Part shown: in pieces, positions 44,033 through 54,435 of the stretch
Layout: every line of letters starts with the position of its first letter
How positions within the stretch are numbered: the first letter of the stretch is position 1
DNA from: an uncultured Acidobacteriota bacterium
Lineage (GTDB): Bacteria; Acidobacteriota; Terriglobia; Acidiferrales; UBA7541
Assembly: GCA_963842255.1 (NCBI GenBank)
Contig: CAWJGI010000034.1
Span: forward strand, 16,601-80,600
Reading direction: 5' to 3'
Length of the DNA: 64,000 nt
Translations under genes and position numbers: made by a program
The notes under the pieces: generated by a model
What the model was told of the DNA's origin: nothing
The model's database searches: none
What the model saw: the letters and a program-made list of their open reading frames with translations, nothing else

Positions 44033-44548
44033 GGTGAATCCTCCATAACAGTAATGGTGTAAATCCCCAACTTGAAGTGGGGGGCCGCATAAGATTGAAA
44101 TCTCGCGAATCGCTTACTGTGTCTAACACCGGGGTCTTAAGAAGGTTGCTGGCTATCGGCGTCAAATCCCTAATTCACGGTTTTTATGAGTTTAGGCAGT
44201 TGCGCTAAACATTGGCAGGAAACAAAAAGTACTCAGGGAATGGGTAAACAGTCGCAATATTAATGATTCAAGCTTTGAAGGTTGGGCAGCGAATTAACTG
44301 AGTAGTAAACTAGAGGGAGATTTTTTCTTTGCCATAAGTTGAGTGGTTCAAGATTTTGTAGCGACCACCTTCAGGTGGACGAATCGCGATCGATGCTGTG
44401 CTAAGGACTTCAGTACGCGATTCCCCACCATAACGAAGGATCGACCCCCTAGGCGGACGACCGGGCTGACACCGACGGTGTGCGACGCGGCGAGATAGTA
44501 TCGTGCAGCTGGGAGCGATCGGCGGTCTGATCGAAGTTGACAGGCGGA

Positions 44549-46249
44549 TCAGTAGCCGGCAGCTTTGCCGGTGGCGCGGCCATCCGGAGCGCCTCGGAGC
44601 CAGCCGCCGCTGATCTGAATCGCCTCGACAAGACCGGAGGATCCTTCGTCGACGGAATAGCCCATGTGTTTGAGGGCGGCGATAGTATCAGGTGAAACTC
44701 CGCGCTCGACTCCGAGGCGGTCCGGCTTCCACTGATCGTGGACGCGGGGAAAGTCTACGGCATCTTGTAGGTCCATTCCGAAATCAATCACGTTGACAAT
44801 CACCTGGAGCACCGCAGTGATGATGGCGGGCCCGCCCGGAGCGCCGAGCACCAGGAACGGCTTGCCATCACTAAGGATGATGGTCGGAGTCATCGAAGAA
44901 AGCGGGCGCTTACCGGGCGCGATGGCGTTTCGCTCGCCTTGCACGAGTCCGAACATGTTGGGTGTGCCAGGCTTCGAGGCGAAGTCATCCATCTCGTTGT
45001 TCAATAGAAATCCGGCGCCGGGCAGAGTGATGCCGCTGCCGTATCCGCCATTCAACGTGTATGTGACGGAAACTGCGTTGCCTTGCTCGTCCACGATGCT
45101 GTAGTGCGTGGTGTTCGTGCCTTCGCTGGCGGAGGGAAGGCCCGGGCTAATCTGGTCGCTCGGAGTGGCGTGAGCCGGATTGATCGTTGCGCGGCGCTTT
45201 TGAATGTAAGTGGAATCAAGCAGAGCGGAGGTTGGGTTCTTGACGAAATCGGGATCACCAAGGTACTCGTTGCGGTCGGCGAAGTAGCGCTGCATGACGG
45301 CGGCCAAGTAATGGTAAGTCTCCGCAGAGCCCGCGCCGGTTTTTTCGTACCCGGTGCCATCCAGCATGCCGAGCATTTGCAGGATGCCGACGCCGCCGGA
45401 GCTGGGCGGGGGCGAAGTAATGATGTGGTAGCCCTTGTAGTTCCCTTCGAGTGGCGCACGTTCGACCGCCCGATAATCGTGAAGGTCAGTGAGAGTGATC
45501 AAACCACCGTTTGCGGCCATCGCATTGGCAAGCAGGTGAGCGGTTTCGCCCTCGTAGAAATCGCGGGCTCCGAGACGCGCGATGCGCTCGAGAGTGCGGG
45601 CGAGCTCGGGCTGGCGGAAGTTTTCCTGCCAGTGGTAGAAGGCACCGTCCTTCAGAAAAATCCGCTTCGATTCGGGGAATTGCGAGAGCAAGTTCGCAGC
45701 GTGGCCGTAGCGCCAGGAATCCATTTGCGACTTTGAGACTGGAAAGCCGTTGGAGGCGAGATCGACCGCAGGCTTCACCAAATCGGCCCAGGGCTTGCTG
45801 CCGTACTTCTTGTGCGCCAGTTCAAACCCGCGCACCGTGCCGGGAACTCCCACGGAGCGCCATCCCACGATGCTGTCGTGGGTGGGGTTGCCGCTCGAGT
45901 CGAGATACATGTCGTGCGTGGCCTTGGCGGGCGCCGTTTCGCGGAAATCGACGAAGGATTTGCGGCCGTCGGCCATGCGGATGAGCATGAATCCACCGCC
46001 AGCGAGGTTTCCGGCGGTCGGGTACGTGGCGGCCAGGGCGAAGCCGACGGCCACAGCTGCGTCGATTGCGTTGCCGCCGGATTTCAGCACAGCGACGCCG
46101 ACGTCCGCGGCGAGAGGTTCCTGCGCAACAACCATGCCTTTGCGCGCGTAAATTGGTTCGCGGCCTTCGGTAGCCTGGCCTATCAGGAGAAGCGGGAGTA
46201 GGAGAAGAGAAACGAGTCGCGTGGGCCTGCGTTTTTGTGACGGCGCCAC
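44549..46249 (-). CDS. ggt: gamma-glutamyltransferase
   Basis: 566 aa with a signal peptide. It has the autoprocessing Thr context (GTNTTHYSIVD) and the motif GGYGSG. Confidence 0.95.
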   Translation of the reverse strand: MAPSQKRRPTRLVSLLLLPLLLIGQATEGREPIYARKGMVVAQEPLAADVGVAVLKSGGNAIDAAVAVGFALAATYPTAGNLAGGGFMLIRMADGRKSFVDFRETAPAKATHDMYLDSSGNPTHDSIVGWRSVGVPGTVRGFELAHKKYGSKPWADLVKPAVDLASNGFPVSKSQMDSWRYGHAANLLSQFPESKRIFLKDGAFYHWQENFRQPELARTLERIARLGARDFYEGETAHLLANAMAANGGLITLTDLHDYRAVERAPLEGNYKGYHIITSPPPSSGGVGILQMLGMLDGTGYEKTGAGSAETYHYLAAVMQRYFADRNEYLGDPDFVKNPTSALLDSTYIQKRRATINPAHATPSDQISPGLPSASEGTNTTHYSIVDEQGNAVSVTYTLNGGYGSGITLPGAGFLLNNEMDDFASKPGTPNMFGLVQGERNAIAPGKRPLSSMTPTIILSDGKPFLVLGAPGGPAIITAVLQVIVNVIDFGMDLQDAVDFPRVHDQWKPDRLGVERGVSPDTIAALKHMGYSVDEGSSGLVEAIQISGGWLRGAPDGRATGKAAGY

Positions 46250-46580
46250 TGTGTTCGCCCCCTAACTCAGAGACCGCTGGGAATCAGTATCGCGAATCCG
46301 GCTTTCGGCGCTAGACTAGCAAGTTTTTTTGGCAATCTTGAAACCGCGCCCATCGGTCTCGGACTGGCAGCATAGTACGAGTCACGGCGCAAACTTAATC
46401 GCACATCATCTTGCGCCACAAATATCGCACCAAAGTATGCCCGCGCCCCGGCAGTTTTTAGCCAATGAAGCCGAAAATAAATCGGATCTAAAAACGTTTC
46501 AGCTGTGTTATAGGAGCACGAACCTTACCTTGGACCATTCTCTCTTCGTGGACGCTGTTCCATTTTTAACAACGTAGCCT

Positions 46581-49500
46581 TCACCAAAGTAACTTGAAGC
46601 CAATTTGAATCTGGCGAGAGGTCGTTGACGTGGATGTGATCACTCCGGCCGTCGGCGAAGGTCCTCCCGTGGCGGACGCGTAAACGACGGGATTCGGCGC
46701 GTTGAAGTTTGTGCGATTCAGGATGTTGAAGAATTCGGAGCGGAACTGCAAATTCAAACGTTCTGAAAGTGGAAAGTTTTTCGCGAGAGACAGATCTGTT
46801 TCGACGAGTCCCGGGCCTCCCAGAAGATTGCGGCCGACGTTGCCGTAGGTTCCGGGCAGAGGTTGAATGAAGGCATTGGGATTGAAGTAGAGGTCGGGTC
46901 CGCCCAGAATCACGGGACCGGTAAAATTCGGATTCCAAGATGGACGGACTGGATTCCGAGTGTCGCCATCGTTCGATGGGTTGTAGGACAACTGTGGAGT
47001 GAAACGGAAGACCCGTTTGCGCGGTCTCGATTGCACTCAGTTGCCAGTTTGCGATCAGTTGTTGCACCCAAGGATGCTCGTTGGCTAATCTGCCGCGCCC
47101 AAACGGAAGATCGTAGGTCGCGTTGATCACCGCGGAATGCCGTACGTCGAACGAAGCCCTGCCGTAATCAGCTTTCGGCAGAAACGGATTCGCAACAAAC
47201 GCCGGAGAATTCGTGGCGACGCTGGTATTCATGTTGTCGCCGTCATCGAGCGCTTTCGAAAAGGCATAGACTCCACGGAATTGCAGACCGGATTTCCACC
47301 GATGGTTCACGTCCACTTCGATCCCGTTGAACGAACTGATGCCCTCCGAAAACCAGTGCGTCGTATTCCATACAGCGTTATTGGCAAGTGCCGCGCCCGG
47401 TGGATAGTAATACGCTCCCGCCAGGATAGCGTGCGGGGCAGGGCGACTGCCGGGCAAATCGTCGGCGTAGGCAGATTCGCGTCCAAGGAGAGCAATTCGT
47501 GGTAGCCATGAGAACCGATGTAGCTGACGCCGAGCGAGGTGTTCGGCGAAAGTTCCTGATCGATTTTCAGGCTCCAGGACTTCTACCGTCGGTGTTTGCA
47601 GGTTTGGCTGCACGCCGCTGGGAATCACCTTCGCGCCGGTGTAGGTGGCGCCAGGCGCGATGCTCGAGAACGCAATGGTCTTGACCGCATAGACTGTATT
47701 GAAGGGCCGTTTTGATCCAGACGGTAGCTGAGGTTGTCCAGCAGCGCGTAATACTGACCGTATCCCGCGCGCACAACGGTCTTCTTGGATGGGAAGGGAG
47801 ACCACGCGATGCCGACGCGCGGCGCCGGCAGGAACTTTGCGTTGTTGACGCTGAAGGCCGAGTCGCCGATCACGGGTTGAGTGATGATCACTCCGTTCGA
47901 ATCAAACGCATAATTCGACGCGCGTCCGTGCGCCTCGTTCCATCCGTTGGTCCCCTCGGCTCGAAAGCCAATGCGCAGCTCGAGCGAAGGTTTGACCTTG
48001 ATCGTGTCCTCCGCAAAGAGCGCCCCTTCAAGCGATCGCCAGTTTAACGGCGTGAAGCTCGGAGCGTAGGTGTAAGTGCTCACTTTGCCTTGCAGGAAAG
48101 TCTGCAGATTGGTGAACGAAACCTGTCCGTACTGATCTTGCACAAGGGTGTCGTTGGATTGAATTCTCTCGAGCCACCCACCGAAGTTGAACAAATGCTT
48201 GCCGTGAGTGAAGGGTGACCTGATCGGACAAAGTGAAAGAGATTCCGCGCCACGCGCAGGTTGCTTCCCGCATTTGTACCGCCGTTTGTGATCTGCGATG
48301 CACCGTTGAGCGTCGTGCCGCCGCCGACAACGACCGCGCCCACCGGCTGCCCTGGGTTGACCCAGCTGGGCAGAGTGACTGTGGTTCCGCTGTTGAAAGA
48401 GAACGCGCCGCGCGAGAAGCCGAAGGTCGCTTTGTTGAGGAGGCTCGGAGAAAAAATGTGGGTTTCACTGATGCTGGCCACTTGTTCGCGCAAAAATATG
48501 TCCACCACGTGAAGGGATTGTTCGTCGGTGAATTGGCGTTGCTATCGTCAATTGTGTAGACGCCCGCTAGCGAATCCTTGTCCGTGAATATCTGATCGAC
48601 TCTTGCCGTCCCAAAGTCCTCGCGTATTCTTTGCAAGGGATTGCTAAATGCCTTGGCAATTCCACTCGGCGCGCCCTTCGAGGTGAGAATCTCCGGACCA
48701 TTGGCCACCGGCCACAAAGCCAGCAGCGGTTGAACGCTCGGAACAGCGCCCGCCCTGGAAGCAGCATCGGGCACCAGTGACAGGTCGCTCAGGCCCAGAT
48801 TCTGCCGAAAGCCTTCGTAGTTTCCGAACAGGAAAGTCTTGTCCTTGCGAATCGGCCCGCCGAGCGAGCCGCCAAAATCGTTGCGCCGGAATTCCGGGAT
48901 ATTGCCGAAATCAAAATAATTCCTCGCATCGAGCGCGCTGTTCCGCAGAAATTCGTACACATCGCCGTGCAGCTGATTTGTTCCGGAGGCAGTCACGATA
49001 TTGATCTGAGCTCCGGGACGCTTGCCGTACTCCGCTCCGTAGGAGTCCTTCACCACCGAAAACTCGCGGACGGCGTCCACGCCCAGAAGCTGGCCGCTCA
49101 CTCCGCCGGGCGTGTTGTTGATCTCCGAGGCGCTGGTGAATTCGACTCCATTCAGTAGGAAAAGGTTCTCCTGAGGTCGGCGCCCGGAAACCGCGAACAT
49201 ATTTCCTACGACGGAATTTGAAGTGCCGATCCCTCCGGAGCGTTGCGATGTGTAGTTCACAACTCCGGGATTGAGCGTCATCAGCTGATCGTAGCTGCGC
49301 CCATTTAAAGGAAGGTCCTTCACTTCGCGCTCCCCCACCAAGCCGGAAACATCTTCGGTATTGACGGATACTGCGTCCGGCACCGCTTCCACTCGCACCG
49401 TCTGGCGTACATCTCCTACCTGAAGTACCAAGTCCACCGTTTCTCGCTGGCCGACCACGAGCAAAATTCCGGTGTGCTCTTGGCTGCGAAAGCCATTTTT

Positions 49501-49779
49501 TTCTGCGCGCACTTCGTAATGGCCTACAAGAAGCGAGGCCGCGTCATACCGCCCCGCTCCATCCGTGATCAGATTCCGCTCCGCTCCGGTCTCAAGACTC
49601 TTGATGTGGACGGCTGCGCTTCCGATGGCGCCTCCCGTTGAGTCACTCACCGTGCCCTGGATGGACGCTTCGCCTTGGGCCGAGCAAACTGGCGTCAGGC
49701 TTACCGCCAACCCGAGCAATAAGAGTCCCAACCAGAAAGCGCCACTTGAATAAAAGTTCTTCACGTTTCGAAATTTCAT
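46581..49779 (-). pseudogene. TonB-dependent receptor with an N-terminal carboxypeptidase-regulatory-like domain; at least 7 frameshifts as sequenced
   Basis: The N-terminus is GTVSDSTGGAIGSAAVHIKSLETG.. plus a plug domain. The C-terminus is ..FFNILNRTNFNAPNP..TSRQIQIGFKLLW*. Five ORF pieces join with frame changes near 48505, 48235, 48207, 47705, 47578, 47440 and 47020. Confidence 0.85.
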
Positions 49780-50005
49780 TTCAATGTCTCCAAACTAAAT
49801 TGGCTCTCGATAGGCATGTGCCAAGCTTCGGTTTTCGGGTTTGTTTTTCGAGCGGGAGGAAAAATCCGCCGGGCGGTGACGGGGACTACAAAGGTAGGTT
49901 CAACAACAAGGACAGTTGTGAGGGGGAAAACGGGTTGCGATAGGCGCCAGCGTGCGTTCCGTGGAGGACTCAATTCGGAACAATCCGCGTACGAACTGTG
50001 TGATT

Positions 50006-50851
50006 CTAGCGGTCACTCACGACTCCTGCCTGCGCAGTGATTCTGCTGTCGTCACCCACACGTCTTTTCAGCAACAACCGGCTGCTGCTCCAAACCAGTT
50101 GCAGGCCCGCGAAGATGGCAATCAGTGCCACAGCCGTCTTTAGCCGATTTGCGGGAACCTTGCGCGCCAGAATGCATCCGACGATGACCCCGGGAACGCC
50201 GCCCGCCAGAAGTTGGAGCAGCACAGAATTGTTGATCGAGCCGAAGCTATAATGAAAGGCGCTGCCAATCAGCGCCAACACCAAGCCAAAAACCAGGTCT
50301 GTTCCCACAACTTGCGCCGGCGTCATTTCAGAATAATTGAGCAGCAGAACGGTCCCCAGCGCGCCTGCGCCCGCGGAAGAAAATCCCGATTCCACTCCGA
50401 TCGGCAAAGCGAGCCAGGGAAGCAATCGCCGATTCTTCAGCGCAAACGAGGGATTTTGTACGCGCCGGATAAATGTCACGCTGGATGACGCGGCCAGGAG
50501 AACGCCCAGCACCAGGATTACGAACGGGTTGCCTGGGTCCCGGCTCAGATATCGGAGCAGCCACGTGCCCACCAAGAGCCCCGGAACGGCGCCCTGCAGC
50601 AGAAGCCACAAATAGCGCGAATGAAACTGCCTTCCGAACAGGTAGAAAGGAGCTGCAATCAAGCGCAGTACGCCTGCAAACAAGAAAGCTGTCCCCACGG
50701 CTTCTCCGGCGGTCAGTCCAGCAATAAGCACCAGGGCTGGCACGGTGAAGCTTCCGCCGCCGATGCCGGTCAATCCCACCGCCAGAGCGATGACGAATCC
50801 CACAAGGCCGTGTATCACTGTTCGCTCCGCGAAATCGTATGGATCCCGCAT
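50006..50851 (-). CDS. TauE/SafE-family sulfite/anion exporter
   Basis: Starts at MRDPYDF. Has 8 TM spans and the motif LTGIGGGSFTVPALVL. It overlaps the cysH 3' end by 37 nt. Confidence 0.8.
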   Translation of the reverse strand: MRDPYDFAERTVIHGLVGFVIALAVGLTGIGGGSFTVPALVLIAGLTAGEAVGTAFLFAGVLRLIAAPFYLFGRQFHSRYLWLLLQGAVPGLLVGTWLLRYLSRDPGNPFVILVLGVLLAASSSVTFIRRVQNPSFALKNRRLLPWLALPIGVESGFSSAGAGALGTVLLLNYSEMTPAQVVGTDLVFGLVLALIGSAFHYSFGSINNSVLLQLLAGGVPGVIVGCILARKVPANRLKTAVALIAIFAGLQLVWSSSRLLLKRRVGDDSRITAQAGVVSDR

Positions 50852-51546
50852 TCCAGTTTCTTGCCGCCCCAACGCCCCGAACGAGGATTGCCTGGGTCGT
50901 CTGGAATCGCAGTGCAGGGTTGGCATCCGATGCTCAAGTACCCTTGATCGTATTGCGGCAAGTAATTGATTTTCTTCTTGGCTATGTACTCCCATACTTG
51001 TGCCCACTTCCAATCGGCTAAGAGGCTCACCTTCAAAATCGTCTTCCTGCTCGGCAATTGGTGCTCTCCCACTTTCTTCATATTTTTCCGTGTGGGGGAC
51101 TGCTCGCGCCTCAATCCTGTGAACCAGACTTCGTAACGCTCCAAGGCTTGGAACAACGGTTCCACTTTGCGCAGTTGGCAGCATTTCGTCGGATCGCCGC
51201 TGTATAAAATTCCGAATTCCGATTCCTGTTGCTCCACCGTCTTCTGCGGAGTCACGTTCACCAGATTCAACGACCATTCCTTCGCCATCCGGTCGCGGTA
51301 CTCGTAGGTTTCAGCGAAGTGATAACCGGTATCGAGGAACAAAACGGGAATCGAGGGAATCCGCTTCCGGAGAAAATCGAGCACGATCATGTCTTCGGCT
51401 TGGAAACTGCAAGTCAGGCACGCGTGTTGTCCGGAATGCGCGTCGAGAACGGCGCTCAATGTTTCCTCTGGTCCCAGGCTCTCGATGTTCTCAGCAAGGA
51501 ATGACGTTGCCATTTCAAACCACCTCCCCAGGATTTCCATCGCCAT
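50815..51546 (-). CDS. cysH: adenylyl-sulfate (APS) reductase, thioredoxin-dependent CysH type with Fe-S cysteines
   Basis: Has the PAPS/APS reductase fold, the CC..(KCCQLRKV) and CxxC (GCQPCT) cluster ligands, and the C-terminal ECGIH. Its start shares one base with the cysN stop (TGATG). Confidence 0.9.
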   Translation of the reverse strand: MAMEILGRWFEMATSFLAENIESLGPEETLSAVLDAHSGQHACLTCSFQAEDMIVLDFLRKRIPSIPVLFLDTGYHFAETYEYRDRMAKEWSLNLVNVTPQKTVEQQESEFGILYSGDPTKCCQLRKVEPLFQALERYEVWFTGLRREQSPTRKNMKKVGEHQLPSRKTILKVSLLADWKWAQVWEYIAKKKINYLPQYDQGYLSIGCQPCTAIPDDPGNPRSGRWGGKKLECGIHTISRSEQ

Positions 51547-53256
51547 CAGAAAATGCGGAACGACTTGGCCAAAGTCAGAACGTGTTCAAGAGCTTCCGCG
51601 TCTCCCACGGGCAGATTCATTTCAGAAAGATCGAAAAAGCGATCCCCCGCCGCCGCTTTCAGTTCCAGTCTCTCCTCCAATCCCAATCTTGAGTTCTGAT
51701 AGATCACTACGAAGCCTGCGGCGTACAATGCGGCCCAAGCTGCCTTCACAGAAGCGAAAGGTGCTTCGCTTTCGTGGGTGACAATCACTTCGAACCCTAT
51801 TGCGAAGAGCGCGCGCTCGATTCGCGGCGCCAGTTCCTCGCGCGAGTTGGTGAGGATGATGCCGGGATAGTGCCCATGCCGGCGATATCGTTCAAGCGGA
51901 GTTAGAGCAGCGTCTACACTCTTTGATTCCCGGCTCGTAAGGATTTCGTCCTGCGTGCGGCTCTCTTGGATCATCCCCGCGGCTAGGGTCGCATTGGTCA
52001 AGGGATCGATGATGATGAAACTACCGGTCGTCCGGTTCTGTTTATAAGAGTCAAAAAAGAGAGGGGTGTTCGTTTCGAATTCCGCGACTGCGATGTCATT
52101 CATCTGCAGTCGCTCAGATGATTCCGTCTCCAGAGTGTTGATGTTGACGCGATGCTGAATTTTGGTGACCGCGCCGCGCACGTGGCGTACTCCGTGTTTG
52201 ATCAAGTAGGATTGCTGCAATTTCAGCGGCTGCGCGTGCATCCACACAATCGCTGCTCGAAATCGCTGTGACACTTGCGGCGGACTGTCTGGAGCAACGA
52301 GCATGTCTCCCCGACTCAGGTCAATCTCGTCTTCAAGCTTCAACGTCACCGACATCGGCGCGAACGCTTCGGCCAGGGGTCCGTCGTAGGTCACAATCGC
52401 TCCCACGCGAGATTGCATCCCCGAAGGAAGCGCGAGAACGGCATCACCGGGACGAATCACTCCACCGGCTACTTGTCCGGCAAATCCTCGGAAGTTCGCG
52501 TCCGGGCGAATCACGTATTGAACGGGGAATCGCACACCTTGCGTGCTTGAGAATCTCGTTATCGGCACAGTTTCCAGGTGTTCCAGCAGCGTCGGGCCCG
52601 CGTACCAAGGCATTCGCTCACTGCGCTCGACAACGTTGTCGCCTGCAAGAGCGCTGATCGGAATGCACTCGACCCTTGCGATTCCCAGCTTCTCGGCAAG
52701 CACGAGGAACCGTTTTGCTAGAGCCCGGAATCTCTGCTTCTTGATATCCCACCAGATCCATCTTGTTGATCGCAGCCACGACGTTCGGAATTCCAAGCAG
52801 CGAAGCGATGTAAGCGTGCCGCGTCGTTTGCGGAAGAAGTCCCTTTTCTGCGTCGATGAGGATCACCGCCAAATCCGCGGTGGACGCACCGGTAGCCATG
52901 TTGCGCGTGTACTGCTCGTGTCCCGGGGTGTCCGCGATGATGAACTTTCGCCGCGCGGTTGTGAAATACCGGTACCCCACGTCGATCGTGATGCCCTGCT
53001 CGCGCTCCACGCGCAGTCCGTCCGTAATCAACGAAAAATCAATGGGTCCGCTCGAACGGTTGATCCGGCTTTTTTGCGCCGAAGCGAGTTGGTCCTCGTA
53101 AAGAGACTTGGAATCGTGCAGCAGCCTCCCGATCAACGTGGACTTGCCGTCGTCCACGCTTCCCGCAGTCGTGAATCGCAGCAGTTCCTTGTTCAGATTC
53201 TGCTCGAGGAATAACCCGAAGTCGTTGGGCAGCTCGATGGCTGTTACTGAAGACAT
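51546..53256 (-). pseudogene. cysN: sulfate adenylyltransferase subunit 1 (GTPase) fused to a degenerate APS-kinase-like domain; one frameshift as sequenced
   Basis: Has [18 protein letters not shown] and NKMD G-motifs. The pieces join at ..[10 protein letters not shown]|FRALAKRF.. near 52730. The last ~118 aa align to CysC (ERYRRHGHYPGIIL..) but the P-loop GLSGSGKS is replaced by TNSREEL. Confidence 0.9.
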
Positions 53257-54233
53257 TAGAAGTAGCCCTCCCGCTTCTTGATTTCCATCGAACCTTCCTC
53301 GTCATGATCGATCACGCGGTTTTCGCGCTCGGACCGGCAGAACGAAATCATTTCTTCGATGATCTTGGGGACAGTGTTGGCCTCTGACCGGATGGCGCCG
53401 GTGCACGGCACGCATCCAAGCGACCTCATGCGGCACTTGACCGGCAGGGATTTCTCACTTGGCAGAAGCTGGTCTTTCGAATAAATCAGGACGATAGAGC
53501 CGCCGCGCACCACGGCTTCGCGCTCGCGCGCAAAATACAGCGGCACGATCGGAATGTTTTCAAAGTGGATGTAGAGCCAAATGTCCAGTTCCGTCCAGTT
53601 CGATAGCGGGAAGATCCGGATGCTCTCCCCTTTGTCAATTCTCGAATTGAAAACGTTCCAAAGCTCCGGCCGCTGGTTTCTGGGATCCCACTGTCCACGG
53701 GTGTCGCGAAACGAATAAATTCTTTCTTTGGCTCGCGACTTTTCTTCATCGCGGCGCGCGCCGCCAAACGCCGCGTTGAATTCGCCTTCGGCCAGCGCAT
53801 CCAGCAGAGATGTGGTCTTCAACAAACCGCAGCATTTTTGCGTGCCCAGCAAAAACGGGTTTGCGCCTGCGTTGAGCGCTTGCTGGTTCTTATGGACAAT
53901 CAGTTCCGCCCCGATCTCCTTCGCATATTGGTCGCGAAATTCGATCATCTCGGGGAATTTGTAGCCTGTGTCTATGTGCAGCAAGGGAAACGGAATCCGC
54001 CCGGGATAAAAAGCCTTCTGCGCCAGCCGGAGCATCACGGAAGAATCCTTGCCAACGGAGTAGAGCATTACTGGCCGTGAAAACTCTGCACCGGCTTCTC
54101 GCAGGATATGAATACTCTCGGCTTCGAGCTTTTTCAGGTGGCTTAGCCTGCGCTCGGGCGACGCGCCCCTGCCGGCGCTCTCAGTGTTGAACTGCGCCAC
54201 TTCATTGGAAAATTCTTGAGTTGGGCTCGCCAT
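53256..54233 (-). CDS. cysD: sulfate adenylyltransferase subunit 2
   Basis: Contains [30 protein letters not shown].. ATG at 54233 follows AAGGGA. The longer track start at 54281 lies inside the leader terminator, so I rejected it. Confidence 0.9.
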   Translation of the reverse strand: MASPTQEFSNEVAQFNTESAGRGASPERRLSHLKKLEAESIHILREAGAEFSRPVMLYSVGKDSSVMLRLAQKAFYPGRIPFPLLHIDTGYKFPEMIEFRDQYAKEIGAELIVHKNQQALNAGANPFLLGTQKCCGLLKTTSLLDALAEGEFNAAFGGARRDEEKSRAKERIYSFRDTRGQWDPRNQRPELWNVFNSRIDKGESIRIFPLSNWTELDIWLYIHFENIPIVPLYFAREREAVVRGGSIVLIYSKDQLLPSEKSLPVKCRMRSLGCVPCTGAIRSEANTVPKIIEEMISFCRSERENRVIDHDEEGSMEIKKREGYF

Positions 54234-54264
54234 TCGTTGCTTTCCCTTCTGAAAATTGGCGTAT

Positions 54265-54306
54265 AAAAACAAAAAACCCACCTGCCAGTTGACCTCTGGC
54301 GGTGGG
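54265..54306 (-). terminator. intrinsic terminator (attenuator) in the cysD leader
   Basis: RNA CCCACCGCCAG-AGGUCAA-CUGGCAGGUGGG (11 bp, one bulged A), followed by UUUUUUGUUUUU. It ends 31 nt before the cysD ATG. Confidence 0.75.
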
Positions 54307-54408
54307 CTAGAAAACTCTCGGCTAGATTTCGAGTCTTAGTGCACTAGCCTCCCGGTGCCAGAGGACACGCATGCGCAACAAAGACAACAGATCTGCGCCA
54401 TCCTCTGG
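54293..54408 (-). promoter_or_regulatory. alternative-helix region of the cys attenuator (segments 1, 2 and 3)
   Basis: Segment 1 is CCAGAGGA (54401-54408). Segment 2 is UCCUCUGGC (54357-54365). Segment 3 is GCCAGAGG (54293-54300), which overlaps the terminator 5' arm. The 1:2 and 2:3 pairings are each 8 bp and mutually exclusive. Confidence 0.6.
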
Positions 54409-54428
54409 TTCGTGTGGCCGATGAACAT
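54336..54428 (-). CDS. Cys-rich leader peptide ORF (30 aa from ATG 54428, or 21 aa from the in-frame ATG 54401)
   Basis: Encodes MFIGHTNQRMAQICCLCCACVSSGTGRLVH*. The Cys codons TGT TGT (CTT) TGT TGC (GCA) TGC lie at 54369-54389. Confidence 0.55.
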   Translation of the reverse strand: MFIGHTNQRMAQICCLCCACVSSGTGRLVH

Positions 54429-54435
54429 GGAAAGG

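Noticed and set aside
49780-50005. I looked for a cobalamin riboswitch or other leader upstream of the TonB-dependent receptor.
   Set aside because: No B12-box-like GCCACTG element or conserved multi-stem core is visible. Only a weak hairpin (49866-49877) with a short T run is present.
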